Shown one piece after another: positions 1 through 8,182 of a stretch of DNA of 64,000 nt. The position numbers and the translations under genes are program-made. This stretch comes from Pseudomonadota bacterium (GTDB taxonomy: Bacteria; Pseudomonadota; Alphaproteobacteria; Sphingomonadales; SMXR01): NCBI GenBank assembly GCA_022574255.1, contig JACZSK010000001.1:20117-84116 (forward strand). Reading direction: 5' to 3'. A model generated the notes under the pieces. It saw only the letters and a program-made list of their open reading frames with translations. It did no database searches and was not told the origin of the DNA. Position 1 is the stretch's first letter; every line of letters begins with the position of its first letter.

Positions 1-561
1 CCTGTTGTCCTGCAACGCATTGTGGATAATTTCGTAAATCTCGGCTTCGTCGCGCGGCGCCATGGCGCGCAGTTCGATTTCGCTTTTCGCCGCCATAATG
101 CCGCCGTTACCAGCCTTAGTGATATGCGCGTCATCCCGCTTGGGCATCTCTCCCAGAGATTTCGCGGCGAGAGAAACCGCCGGCTTCTTGGCAACACTTT
201 TAGCCTTGTTGCCGGCAAGCTGAGAAAGCAGCGTCTGCAATACCTTGACCTCGGCGACTAATTCGCGGCTTTTGCCCCGCCCTTCATCAAGATTCAGGGT
301 CAGGTCGTCCATCTCGCTCAAGGATTTATTGACCGTGCTGGTGATTTCAACCAGGTCATGCGAGATATCCGCAAGACGATCATCGGTGTCATTGCGATAA
401 TTGCGCGCCTGAACCAGGCCGTAGAGATTTAACCCCAGCAGGAAGACGCCGCCGCCAATCAGGTAGCTTGCCGTCTGATCCATGCCGGTCATATCGGGCA
501 ACACCAGAGCCACAGCCCAGCCGATGACCGAAAAAGAAATTGCAAACAAAATCAGACTCAT
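1..561 (-). CDS. membrane-anchored coiled-coil signalling protein, N-terminal part (gene runs off the window start; possibly an EAL-domain protein)
   Basis: Absent from the ORF track because it leaves the window. My own translation from ATG 561-559 is open for all 187 codons: MSLILFAISFSVIGWAVALVLPDMTGMDQTASYLIGGGVFLLGLNLYGLVQARNY. It has two hydrophobic helices, then a coiled-coil-like stretch LSEMDDLTLNLDEGRGKSRELVAEVKVLQTLLSQL. It ends at the edge with EIYEIIHNALQDNR, which resembles the entry of EAL domains (weak). Confidence 0.5.
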   Translation of the reverse strand, partial: MSLILFAISFSVIGWAVALVLPDMTGMDQTASYLIGGGVFLLGLNLYGLVQARNYRNDTDDRLADISHDLVEITSTVNKSLSEMDDLTLNLDEGRGKSRELVAEVKVLQTLLSQLAGNKAKSVAKKPAVSLAAKSLGEMPKRDDAHITKAGNGGIMAAKSEIELRAMAPRDEAEIYEIIHNALQDNR

Positions 562-724
562 GCCTCGCCCCTACATCCCCTGGCCGCACGAACGCGCTAT
601 AAATGCGATCCACAAGACAAAGCGCCGTCACTTTCGTACGGTCAATTGTTTTCTGTTATCAACGTAGCGCAATTCGTGTCGAAAATCGAGGGTCAGGCGG
701 AATTTCAGCTGCCAGGGACCATAG

Positions 725-1903
725 TTAGCCAACCCGGTGAGCCGGGAATATTGCAGATATGGCAATACCATCCACGCCATGTTGGCCAACCTCAAGCCGA
801 CCGCCGTGCCGCTCGATCACCTTCTTGGCCACGTAAAGGCCCATCATGTTGCGCTTCTGGGCATTACTGTAGACGTTCTTTTCCGGCACTTCCATTTCCA
901 GGGCAGAAGAAATTTCGTCCAGGCTCACAGCCTGTCCCCGACATTCAGTAGCCAGGATCATCTCACCCCGGGAATTGAGCCCCATCCAGACCTTCATCGC
1001 CGCCCCGTTCGGCGACGCGCAGACAGCGTCTGTCATTATCGCATGGGCTACTTTTCTGAAGGCATTCTTGTCAGCCGTCAGCAACGGCAGGTAGGGATCA
1101 ATCTCCGTGCAGATTTCAAGACCGCTAACCTCCGCGCGCGCGACAATGTCTTGAACTACATTGGAGACAACAATCCCGGCATTAAAGCATTCGTCATTTG
1201 GCGCCCAGTCATCGTCTTCGATGCTCTTCAGTTCCAACAACTCTTCAATGCGCCACAATAATTCCGTGCCGGCGGTGTGAATTCCGCTGGCGTAATCCTT
1301 GCGCTGCCGGTCATCCATATTGCCCATGACCTCGCCCTTGAGAATCTCGGAATAGCCAAGAATGCCGTTCAGCGGCGTGCGCAAATCGTGGCTGACACGA
1401 GCAAGAAGCTGCTCCTTCGCTTTAAGGGCTTCGTCGCGCTCCCTGTTTGCCATTGCCAACGCGTGGCTGGCCAAGGCTTCGCTGCGCCGCAACACAACTG
1501 TGTAACGGGTGCGACCATCAGACCCGGTAACCGGGCGCATGGTAAAGTGCACAGGCAATAACGTACCGTCGCGAGAGACCACGTTTGCGTCAATTTCCAC
1601 CACGCGGCGTGAAGATATTCCGCTTTCCATCAACGCTTTCGCGCCCACATCCGAGATATCGAGCAGCGAATACAGATCAAAACCGCATACGCTCTCGCGG
1701 CTGTAACCGGTCCAATCTTCAAATGTATGATTCACATCGGCGATGATCAACGTGCCGACACCGTCTTCCAGGTCGGCAATCAAAATCGCTTCATCGACTT
1801 CCTGAAAAACTGCGTCGAAGAGACCGCTGATTTTCTCTCCCGGCAGCTCCGGGAATTGAATGGGCGTCCATGGGCGGTCGCCTGCCAGCAGTTTCTTGTA
1901 CAT
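725..1903 (-). CDS. cytoplasmic PAS-domain sensor histidine kinase
   Basis: 392-aa ORF with H-box SHDLRTPLNGILGYSEIL, an N-terminal PAS-like region and C-terminal HATPase G-box GLYVAKKVIERHGGRLEV. No TM segments. Confidence 0.85.
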   Translation of the reverse strand: MYKKLLAGDRPWTPIQFPELPGEKISGLFDAVFQEVDEAILIADLEDGVGTLIIADVNHTFEDWTGYSRESVCGFDLYSLLDISDVGAKALMESGISSRRVVEIDANVVSRDGTLLPVHFTMRPVTGSDGRTRYTVVLRRSEALASHALAMANRERDEALKAKEQLLARVSHDLRTPLNGILGYSEILKGEVMGNMDDRQRKDYASGIHTAGTELLWRIEELLELKSIEDDDWAPNDECFNAGIVVSNVVQDIVARAEVSGLEICTEIDPYLPLLTADKNAFRKVAHAIMTDAVCASPNGAAMKVWMGLNSRGEMILATECRGQAVSLDEISSALEMEVPEKNVYSNAQKRNMMGLYVAKKVIERHGGRLEVGQHGVDGIAISAIFPAHRVG

Positions 1904-1956
1904 TCAACCCACCGAAAATGGCCACGGCCAGCGAAAAATTTTCTCTTAGCCTGTTG

Positions 1957-2026
1957 GATTCGCGCGTGAATCCCATTTTCACAAAGAACAACCCAGTGAT
2001 TCGCGAATCATGAATCATTCTGAATC
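1957..2026. promoter_or_regulatory. cluster of six GANTC (CcrM-type methylation) sites, including the palindrome GATTCGCGAATC
   Basis: GATTC 1957-1961, GAATC 1968-1972, GATTC 1998-2002, GAATC 2005-2009, 2012-2016 and 2022-2026. That is six sites in 70 bp against about 0.3 expected. Lies in the divergent intergenic region between the kinase (start 1903) and the 2151 gene. Confidence 0.6.
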
Positions 2027-2043
2027 CCAGATCAATGCTTTAG

Positions 2044-2058
2044 TTAACCTTTTGTTAA
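2044..2058. promoter_or_regulatory. CtrA-type box TTAA-N7-TTAA(C)
   Basis: gTTAACcttttgTTAACt: TTAA 2044-2047, 7-nt spacer, TTAA 2055-2058 followed by C. This is an exact match to the alphaproteobacterial CtrA consensus TTAA-N7-TTAAC, 93 bp upstream of ATG 2151. Confidence 0.55.
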
Positions 2059-2150
2059 CTTTTTATCGCCCTGCCGGGCGAAATCCTCTGCTATTATTGG
2101 CGGCGCAGCAAAAAACGCGCCCCGGGACGCCCTGAAAATGAGGAGCCCAT

Positions 2151-2939
2151 ATGAACAAGCCCCTGAAGTTCCTGTTGCTTGCCATTGTTGTTCTGATCCT
2201 GGCCGTTCCGGTGGTCATCATGTCGCGGGCGTCAGCACTTATACGCGACGCCGTGGAAACTTACGGCCCTGAGCTGGTCGGTGCGCCGGTAAGCTTGGGC
2301 GGCGTGACTTTCTCGCTGATCAATGGCGAAGCCGGACTGGAGAATCTGGTCATCGGCAACCCGCCCGGGTTCAAATCAGATTACGCGTTCAGTCTCGGGA
2401 AATTGCATATCAAGCTGAACCCCATGTCGCTTTTCTCTGGGCGGATAGAGATCAGCGAGTTGATGATCGATCAGCCCGACCTGATCTGGGAAATCCGGAA
2501 AGGAGGCAGCAATTTTCAGGTGCTGCAGAAAAACCTGCCAGCCATCGACAGTTCCGATGCCGCCGAGGACAGCCTGCTGGTGATGATCGACCATGTTTAT
2601 CTGAACGGTACCCGGGTCACCATCGAGGGCCTGCCCGTTAGCCGCGAGACATCAATGTCTTTGCCCGATCTGCATATTGAGAATATCGGGCGCGATGAGG
2701 GAGGCGTGACCTTCGGCAATGCGATGGATGAAATATTCAGCGTAATTATGCCGGCCGTCACCAAAGTGGCTCTGTCGCAACAGATTAAGGGGCTTTCCGG
2801 CGCGTTGGTCGGTGACCTGAAGGGGACGGGAGATGTCGCGGCAAAGGAATTGCAGGACAAGATCGAAGGCAAGCTGAAGCGGCGCCTGGGCGGTCTCCTG
2901 GGCGGCAAAGGAAAGGATGATGAAGAAGGCGGGAATTGA
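2151..2939 (+). CDS. membrane-anchored envelope protein (AsmA/DUF748-like)
   Basis: 262 aa, with aggag RBS before the ATG. N-terminal anchor KFLLLAIVVLILAVPVVIM, then a beta-rich region of the AsmA/DUF748 type and a Gly/Lys/Asp-rich tail. Confidence 0.6.
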   Translation: MNKPLKFLLLAIVVLILAVPVVIMSRASALIRDAVETYGPELVGAPVSLGGVTFSLINGEAGLENLVIGNPPGFKSDYAFSLGKLHIKLNPMSLFSGRIEISELMIDQPDLIWEIRKGGSNFQVLQKNLPAIDSSDAAEDSLLVMIDHVYLNGTRVTIEGLPVSRETSMSLPDLHIENIGRDEGGVTFGNAMDEIFSVIMPAVTKVALSQQIKGLSGALVGDLKGTGDVAAKELQDKIEGKLKRRLGGLLGGKGKDDEEGGN

Positions 2940-3022
2940 ACCGCTACAGGCCAAAATTTTCTGGGAACATGGGTGGCGCCATGCTAGGCCATGGGCCCGG
3001 GCAAGAAATTCAGGAGAAGCCA

Positions 3023-3322
3023 ATGAGCCTCGAAGACGTCACGAAATTTATGAAAGAGCGCGTCGGAGACGAAGCTGCGGTATCGGCGGTGATCAAGTTC
3101 GATTTCGGAGACGATGGCACGATCCGGATTGACGGCACCGCCTCACCCGCTGTTGTTGACAACGGTGATGGTGACGCCGATTGCACGATCGCTATTTCGT
3201 TCGAGGATTTTCAGGAGATTCTTGACGGCAATCTGAACCCTCAGATGGCCTTCATGACCGGCAAACTGAAAGTCGAAGGCGACATGGGCATTGCCATGCA
3301 GCTTTCACAGATATTGGGCTAA
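3023..3322 (+). CDS. SCP2 sterol-carrier domain protein
   Basis: Track ORF is 2936..3322. The internal ATG 3023 is preceded by caggagaag. MSLEDV...DFQEILDGNLNPQMAFMTGKLKVEGDMGIAMQL is the SCP2 signature. Confidence 0.8.
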   Translation: MSLEDVTKFMKERVGDEAAVSAVIKFDFGDDGTIRIDGTASPAVVDNGDGDADCTIAISFEDFQEILDGNLNPQMAFMTGKLKVEGDMGIAMQLSQILG

Positions 3323-3370
3323 CGGCGCCGTACCAACCGCCGCATGAAGTCCAAATGAAAGGGATCGCCG

Positions 3371-4567
3371 GTGGAACTCAATTTCAATGAGAATGAGCGA
3401 TTGTTCCGCGGGGAGGTTCGGGACTTTCTCGATGAGAGCCTGCCCGACGAAATTCGCAACAAGGTCCTTTCCGGTCGCAATCTGGACCGCGAGGACATGG
3501 TTCGCTGGCAGAAAATTCTCCACAAGCAGGGATGGATAGCTCCCACCTGGCCAAAAAAATATGGCGGGTGCGAATGGGCGCCCTCGCAACAATATATATT
3601 TGGTCTGGAATGCGGGTTGGCAGGCGCCCCACGACCGGTTCCCTTTGGCCTGAACATGGTCGGCCCGGTCATTTATACGTTCGGCAGCGAGGAGCAAAAA
3701 CAGCGCCATTTGCCGCCAATCCTGTCCAGTGATATCTGGTGGTGTCAGGGATATTCAGAACCCGAGGCGGGGTCCGATCTGGCCAGCCTGAAGACCTCCG
3801 CGGTAAGGGATGGTGACGATTATGTCATCAACGGCACCAAGATATGGACCACCATGGCACATTGGGCCGACTGGATGTTCTGCCTTGTTCGCACGTCAAA
3901 AGAAGAGCGGCGGCAGGAGGGGATTTCCTTCATTCTGATGGATATGAAGTCGCCGGGGATAACCGTCGATCCGATTATTACCATCGACGGCGGGCACCAT
4001 GTGAACCAGGTCTTTTTTGAGAACGTCCGGGTCCCGGCAGAGAACCTGATCGGGGAGGAGGGCAAGGGCTGGAGCTATGCAAAATTCCTGCTCGCCAACG
4101 AGCGCCAGGTCATTGCGGATATCGGGCAGAAAAAGCGAATGGTTGCCAAACTGAAAGCCTTGGCCCGGCAAACAGATTCGTTTGGCGGCAAGCTCGCGGA
4201 CGATCCTGATTTCTCGAGGCGGCTGGCGGAACTGGAAATCGAGGTGATGGCGCTGGAATATACCGAACTCCGGTATCTGGATATCCAGTCTGCGGGGAAA
4301 GAAAAAGGGTTTGAGCCCTCGATATTGAAAATTCGCGGCACCGAGTTGCAGCAGGCCTTGTCGGAACTTATGATCGAGGCGATGGGCGTTTTCGCCCTGC
4401 CCTATGCACCTGAGCTTTTGAAGGCCGGCCAGAACGAACCGGCAATCGGGCCGGAAGAGGCAGCCCCCGCAGTGCAAAACTATCTTTACGGCCGCGCCGC
4501 AACGATCTATGGCGGATCGAACGAAATTCAGCGGAACATTTTGGCTAAAATGCTTCTTGTATCCTGA
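3371..4567 (+). CDS. acyl-CoA dehydrogenase
   Basis: 398 aa, GTG start. Contains WCQGYSEPEAGSDLASLKT and C-terminal YGGSNEIQRNILA, typical ACAD motifs. Confidence 0.9.
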   Translation: MELNFNENERLFRGEVRDFLDESLPDEIRNKVLSGRNLDREDMVRWQKILHKQGWIAPTWPKKYGGCEWAPSQQYIFGLECGLAGAPRPVPFGLNMVGPVIYTFGSEEQKQRHLPPILSSDIWWCQGYSEPEAGSDLASLKTSAVRDGDDYVINGTKIWTTMAHWADWMFCLVRTSKEERRQEGISFILMDMKSPGITVDPIITIDGGHHVNQVFFENVRVPAENLIGEEGKGWSYAKFLLANERQVIADIGQKKRMVAKLKALARQTDSFGGKLADDPDFSRRLAELEIEVMALEYTELRYLDIQSAGKEKGFEPSILKIRGTELQQALSELMIEAMGVFALPYAPELLKAGQNEPAIGPEEAAPAVQNYLYGRAATIYGGSNEIQRNILAKMLLVS

Positions 4568-4593
4568 CGCCTTCCCCAGACCGGCAAAATTCC

Positions 4594-5142
4594 ATGACCA
4601 GATCACAGAAAAACGATGGCACCGATATTGTCGACCATATCCGGATCGGCGGCATCGTCCTGAGCATCATTGTGATGATCGCCGGCGCCTTGTTTCTGCT
4701 GCCGGGATCAGCGCGATTTCTGGAAGGCCTGTTCGGTCGGGAAGAAGTGCCAGTTGTAGATTTCAGCACTTTGATAATTCCTGCGGGCGACCCCGACCAT
4801 TACCTGGCTTGCCCAGAGGATATATGCCTGTCGCAGGCCCCGGATCAGCTGCTGGAAACATACGATGTCCCCGCCGAGCGGCTGCGCTCAATGCTGCTGG
4901 GCTTTGTCGATAATCAACCCACCGTGAGTTTCTGGCGCATGGATCCCTCCATAAACCAGTTCGATTTCCTGGAAAACGATCCAAGCATGCGCATGCCCGA
5001 TGTTATTACGGTGCAAACTTTCGATTTGGGTGACGGAAAATCGGCGATCGCCATTTATAGCCGATCCCTCCACGGGCTCGCAGAGGCGGGGTCCAATCGC
5101 CGACGCGTGCTGCGCTGGCTGAAAATGATCGATCCCGGATAG
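4594..5142 (+). CDS. membrane-anchored hypothetical protein (DUF1499-like)
   Basis: 182 aa with one N-terminal TM helix IGGIVLSIIVMIAGALFLL. The family assignment is from memory only. Confidence 0.5.
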   Translation: MTRSQKNDGTDIVDHIRIGGIVLSIIVMIAGALFLLPGSARFLEGLFGREEVPVVDFSTLIIPAGDPDHYLACPEDICLSQAPDQLLETYDVPAERLRSMLLGFVDNQPTVSFWRMDPSINQFDFLENDPSMRMPDVITVQTFDLGDGKSAIAIYSRSLHGLAEAGSNRRRVLRWLKMIDPG

Positions 5143-5284
5143 GATATTCGCGGCGAAATCGCCGGCCCCCGTTCCAACGCGCTTCTTTACTGGATCGCTG
5201 GCCGCTCCTTGTGCTATCGATTGGCCGCATTTCGCGAGGGGCAGGATTTTGCCCTTACCAGAAATTTTCGAACGGAAGCAGATA

Positions 5285-6019
5285 ATGGATCGCACAACGC
5301 TGGCACTATTGACTCACGAGTTGAGAAATCAGTGCATTTATACAGAAGCCGCATTCCGCGTGTTTAACCAGTCGCTTGAGCAAAAGGCTGTGTCGGGGGC
5401 ATTCTTCGCAGCCCAATCCATACTGCTTTCCGCCAGCCAGATCGGCTGCATGTTATGGCCGCCGCGCGCGCGCTCACGAAAACGCGGCGAGGCCTTCCGC
5501 AAGGTCCTGCAACTGCCGGAAAAGCACCCGTTAAACGACAAGCGGCTGCTGGCGATCTGGGAACATTCCGATGAAAAATTTGACGATTGGGTGGGGCGCA
5601 CCAAGGGGCAAAGGATTGTCTTTGACCATGTGGGTCCGTTGTCTGATTTCGCTGACAGCAGCGTCACCGAGGAAAGCGTCTACCGGCTTTATGATCCGGT
5701 CGACATGCTGTTGTATTTTCGCGGTGACGGATTCAAATTGCAGGCAATAGCGAACGCGATTTCAGACATCTATTCGCGCGCCAATTCTCTGCATCGCCAG
5801 TTTTTCCCCGATCAGCAGCCCCGAGACCAGCAGACTGATGACGCCAGGCAGGCCAGTGGCGCAAAAAAAGTCTCCGTCGGCACCAGCAAGGACAAAGCAA
5901 AAAAGAAACCGCCAGCGAAGAAGAAGGGTAAATCCCCGGCAGCAAAATCTTCTCCCAAGAAATCTCCCCCTAAAAAATCAACGGCCAAAAAGAGCGTTAA
6001 AAGCAAGAAGGCTAAGTGA
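5285..6019 (+). CDS. hypothetical protein with an alpha-helical N-domain (weak HEPN-like R-x4-6-H motifs) and a lysine-rich histone-H1-like C-terminal tail
   Basis: Track ORF 5249 (TTG). ATG 5285 (MDRTTLALL) is preferred, with ggaag upstream. The last ~55 aa are KKVSVGTSKDKAKKKPPAKKKGKSPAAKSSPKKSPPKKSTAKKSVKSKKAK. Motifs KRLLAIWEH and QRIVFDH are present. Confidence 0.6.
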   Translation: MDRTTLALLTHELRNQCIYTEAAFRVFNQSLEQKAVSGAFFAAQSILLSASQIGCMLWPPRARSRKRGEAFRKVLQLPEKHPLNDKRLLAIWEHSDEKFDDWVGRTKGQRIVFDHVGPLSDFADSSVTEESVYRLYDPVDMLLYFRGDGFKLQAIANAISDIYSRANSLHRQFFPDQQPRDQQTDDARQASGAKKVSVGTSKDKAKKKPPAKKKGKSPAAKSSPKKSPPKKSTAKKSVKSKKAK

Positions 6020-6050
6020 CCGCGCCAATGCGTCGAAATACCGGCGCGCC

Positions 6051-6346
6051 AGGGTCAGGACCCATTAATCCGATCCATTATGCGCCGCTCGTTTTCGGCT
6101 GGGACAGGAGGAGCGACGCAGGAAACCTCCATGGTTTTCAAGTCGTTCCGACGCCTGTCCAGCCGAAAAGGAACATCGCCCTTTCGTTGTTTGGCCGGAA
6201 AGAACCGGCCGGGGAGGGTTTGTCAAGGAAGACCGACTGCCGCGGATACAGCCCTTGAAAGGGTGTGGCCCTGTCCGCGGCCTGTATTCTTGCATTCGGT
6301 CTTCCCTGGCAAACAGAATTGAACCGGATTAATGGGTCCTGACCCT
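6051..6346. repeat. structured ~296-bp element A closed by a perfect 22-bp inverted repeat (MITE-like or structured ncRNA)
   Basis: agggtcaggacccattaatccg (6051-6072) is the exact reverse complement of cggattaatgggtcctgaccct (6325-6346). Internal helices: 6096-6108/6154-6165, 6193-6198/6205-6210, 6227-6236/6296-6305, 6239-6246/6274-6281. The termini resemble those of element B. Confidence 0.6.
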
Positions 6347-6356
6347 AGGGCATGGA

Positions 6357-6623
6357 TTACCGGGACTTGAAGGCCAGAATATACGCGTCGACCAAATCGT
6401 TTTGGGTGCAGACCCTTTCCAATTGAGCGGCAAGCGCCTCTATTTCCGCCTCGATTGCGTCGCCCGGAACATCAGCGCTGTCCAGGTTTACGGTCAGTGA
6501 CTTCTCCAGCAAAATTCCTCCGCAGGAGGCACGCAGTTTTATAATTCTCCTGTCGGCGGACAGGCCTTCATCCACAAGGTCTATGGTCACATTTCCAATT
6601 TGCATCACGGTCATTCCTTTCAT
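6357..6623 (-). CDS. hypothetical protein at the distal end of the GTA-like remnant
   Basis: 88-aa ORF, 13 nt downstream of the chimeric tail ORF on the same strand. No recognisable motif. Confidence 0.4.
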   Translation of the reverse strand: MKGMTVMQIGNVTIDLVDEGLSADRRIIKLRASCGGILLEKSLTVNLDSADVPGDAIEAEIEALAAQLERVCTQNDLVDAYILAFKSR

Positions 6624-6635
6624 TAAATTCTGGTT

Positions 6636-8159
6636 TTATGGAAGCAAGCCTCCGCCGCCACCACCGCCGCTGCCCCCGCCGCCATTGGCCGGGGTGGTGA
6701 TTTCGCCGACATAAATCCTGTTCACATCGTCCGCTACATTGGTCTTGAGCGTGGTTGCAACATAGGTCACCGCCCCACCCTTCAGGCCGGGGTCATCGCT
6801 ATAGACGTAATATTTGGTTACGAATGAAAGACCGGTTATGGCGCCGGAATTGTATACGACACTGGCATGGCCATAGTGCCTGGTATGGGATGCGATGGTG
6901 ATCTTGGCGCTAGCCCCGTTGTCGGTTGCAGTCAGTGGGTTGCTGCTCACCACCGTCAGGGCGCCCGCAACATTGACCGGCGGCAGCGCCGTCTGGTTTG
7001 TGCATCGCTCGACCCGCACGACTGTCGCCATCGCCGGGATCACCTGCTCGTCCACTGTCTCGTCCCAGGCATAGATCGCGTCAGCTTCCTCGATCAACGT
7101 CATGGGAAAGACGATGCCCGCATTCCCGTTTTCGTCACTGGCGACTTGCATCCGCCAATCCGCGACCCGCATCTTCTGATCTGTAAGTCCCAGTGGCGTA
7201 TAGGAAAAGGTGATGCTGTCCATTGCCTGGTCCTGCAGGGCAATGGGTCCGAAGCTTCCTGAGACCATCTTGTCCAGGCGCGAACGCTCCAGCGCGATTT
7301 TAGCCAGCCGCTGCGCCATCACACCCGAAGTCGTGAAGGGCAGATTGACATCCATCCACAACTCGTCGCCGCCATCTTCCGTGACATAGCCCGAATTTAT
7401 TCGCGGGATAATGTCGCGCGGCTGATACTCGGCGCTTACATCTGCATAAACGCCCCGAACCGCATTGGCCTTCTCGGAGCGTGATTTCTTGGAGCGATAT
7501 TCGATGCCGCTGAGCATGTGGGTTTCATCGCGGGACTTGACCGCGGCCCGCGACACTGCCGCGTAGATTCGCCATCTCCCCCCTTGGAAAACAACCACAC
7601 CACCCATGCTGGACGCCAGGGCTTCGAGGTTTTCGGTGTGAGAGCGCCGAGGATCAATGAACCCGTTGCAGGTATATCTTTTTTCCGAACCGCCTCCATT
7701 CAGATCAACGCTTTCATCGCAGAAATTCGCCTCGGCGATTATATTCGCCCAATCGATCCGGGCGCTGTCCACCCCGACGCCGGCAATGATCTGACCGTCA
7801 TAAGACGTGGTCAGAGAATTCGCGACCCTGATGCCGACCAGGTAATCAGCAATACACAGGGCGGGATTGTCGGACCATTCCCAGGTGCTGTGATCGGCCA
7901 GACGGTGATTGCTCGACCCGCCATCTGACCCGCCGTTGGTGCCGTCCTTTCGCGGGTCGTACAGCTTGCGGCCCTTGATGGTGCAGACCGGGTTCTTTAT
8001 GCCATCCGGTCCGCGCTCGCGGATCGAGCGTTTGAAGGCCCCGGGGGCAACCATGTCGCGGCCTTCATCGAGGTTGGAAAAAACACTGGCGTATCCCTCG
8101 AAGACGCCTTTGTCGTTCACCGACTTCACTTCGAAGCCGGCGTTGAGAATGTCGGTCAT
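6636..8159 (-). CDS. chimeric ORF: HK97/GTA prohead protease N-terminus (aa 1-55) fused in frame to the C-terminal part of a host-specificity/tail protein (RcGTA g15 / lambda J-like)
   Basis: aa 1-55 read FEGYASVFSNLDEGRDMVAPGAFKRSIRERGPDGIK, the protease family signature, lacking the following ML.QHD block. The ORF then continues NPVCTIKGRKLYDPRKDG...STWEWSDNPALCIADYL, the Phage-tail_3/g15-type signature. It ends with GGGGSGGGGGGG. Confidence 0.7.
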   Translation of the reverse strand: MTDILNAGFEVKSVNDKGVFEGYASVFSNLDEGRDMVAPGAFKRSIRERGPDGIKNPVCTIKGRKLYDPRKDGTNGGSDGGSSNHRLADHSTWEWSDNPALCIADYLVGIRVANSLTTSYDGQIIAGVGVDSARIDWANIIAEANFCDESVDLNGGGSEKRYTCNGFIDPRRSHTENLEALASSMGGVVVFQGGRWRIYAAVSRAAVKSRDETHMLSGIEYRSKKSRSEKANAVRGVYADVSAEYQPRDIIPRINSGYVTEDGGDELWMDVNLPFTTSGVMAQRLAKIALERSRLDKMVSGSFGPIALQDQAMDSITFSYTPLGLTDQKMRVADWRMQVASDENGNAGIVFPMTLIEEADAIYAWDETVDEQVIPAMATVVRVERCTNQTALPPVNVAGALTVVSSNPLTATDNGASAKITIASHTRHYGHASVVYNSGAITGLSFVTKYYVYSDDPGLKGGAVTYVATTLKTNVADDVNRIYVGEITTPANGGGGSGGGGGGGLLP

Positions 8160-8182
8160 GTGCGGGTTCCCGGGTTAGGTGG

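Noticed and set aside
22-631. Track ORFs 22-261 (+) and 389-631 (-) at the window start.
   Set aside because: A different minus-strand frame (ATG 561, open to position 1) gives a coherent TM plus coiled-coil protein. The listed ORFs have no motifs and overlap it.
6640-6680. The G/C-rich simple repeat encoding the poly-Gly tail, considered as a phase-variation (contingency) tract.
   Set aside because: The repeat is imperfect (mixed GCC/ACC/GCT units), not a homopolymer or perfect microsatellite. Slippage is therefore not supported by the sequence alone.
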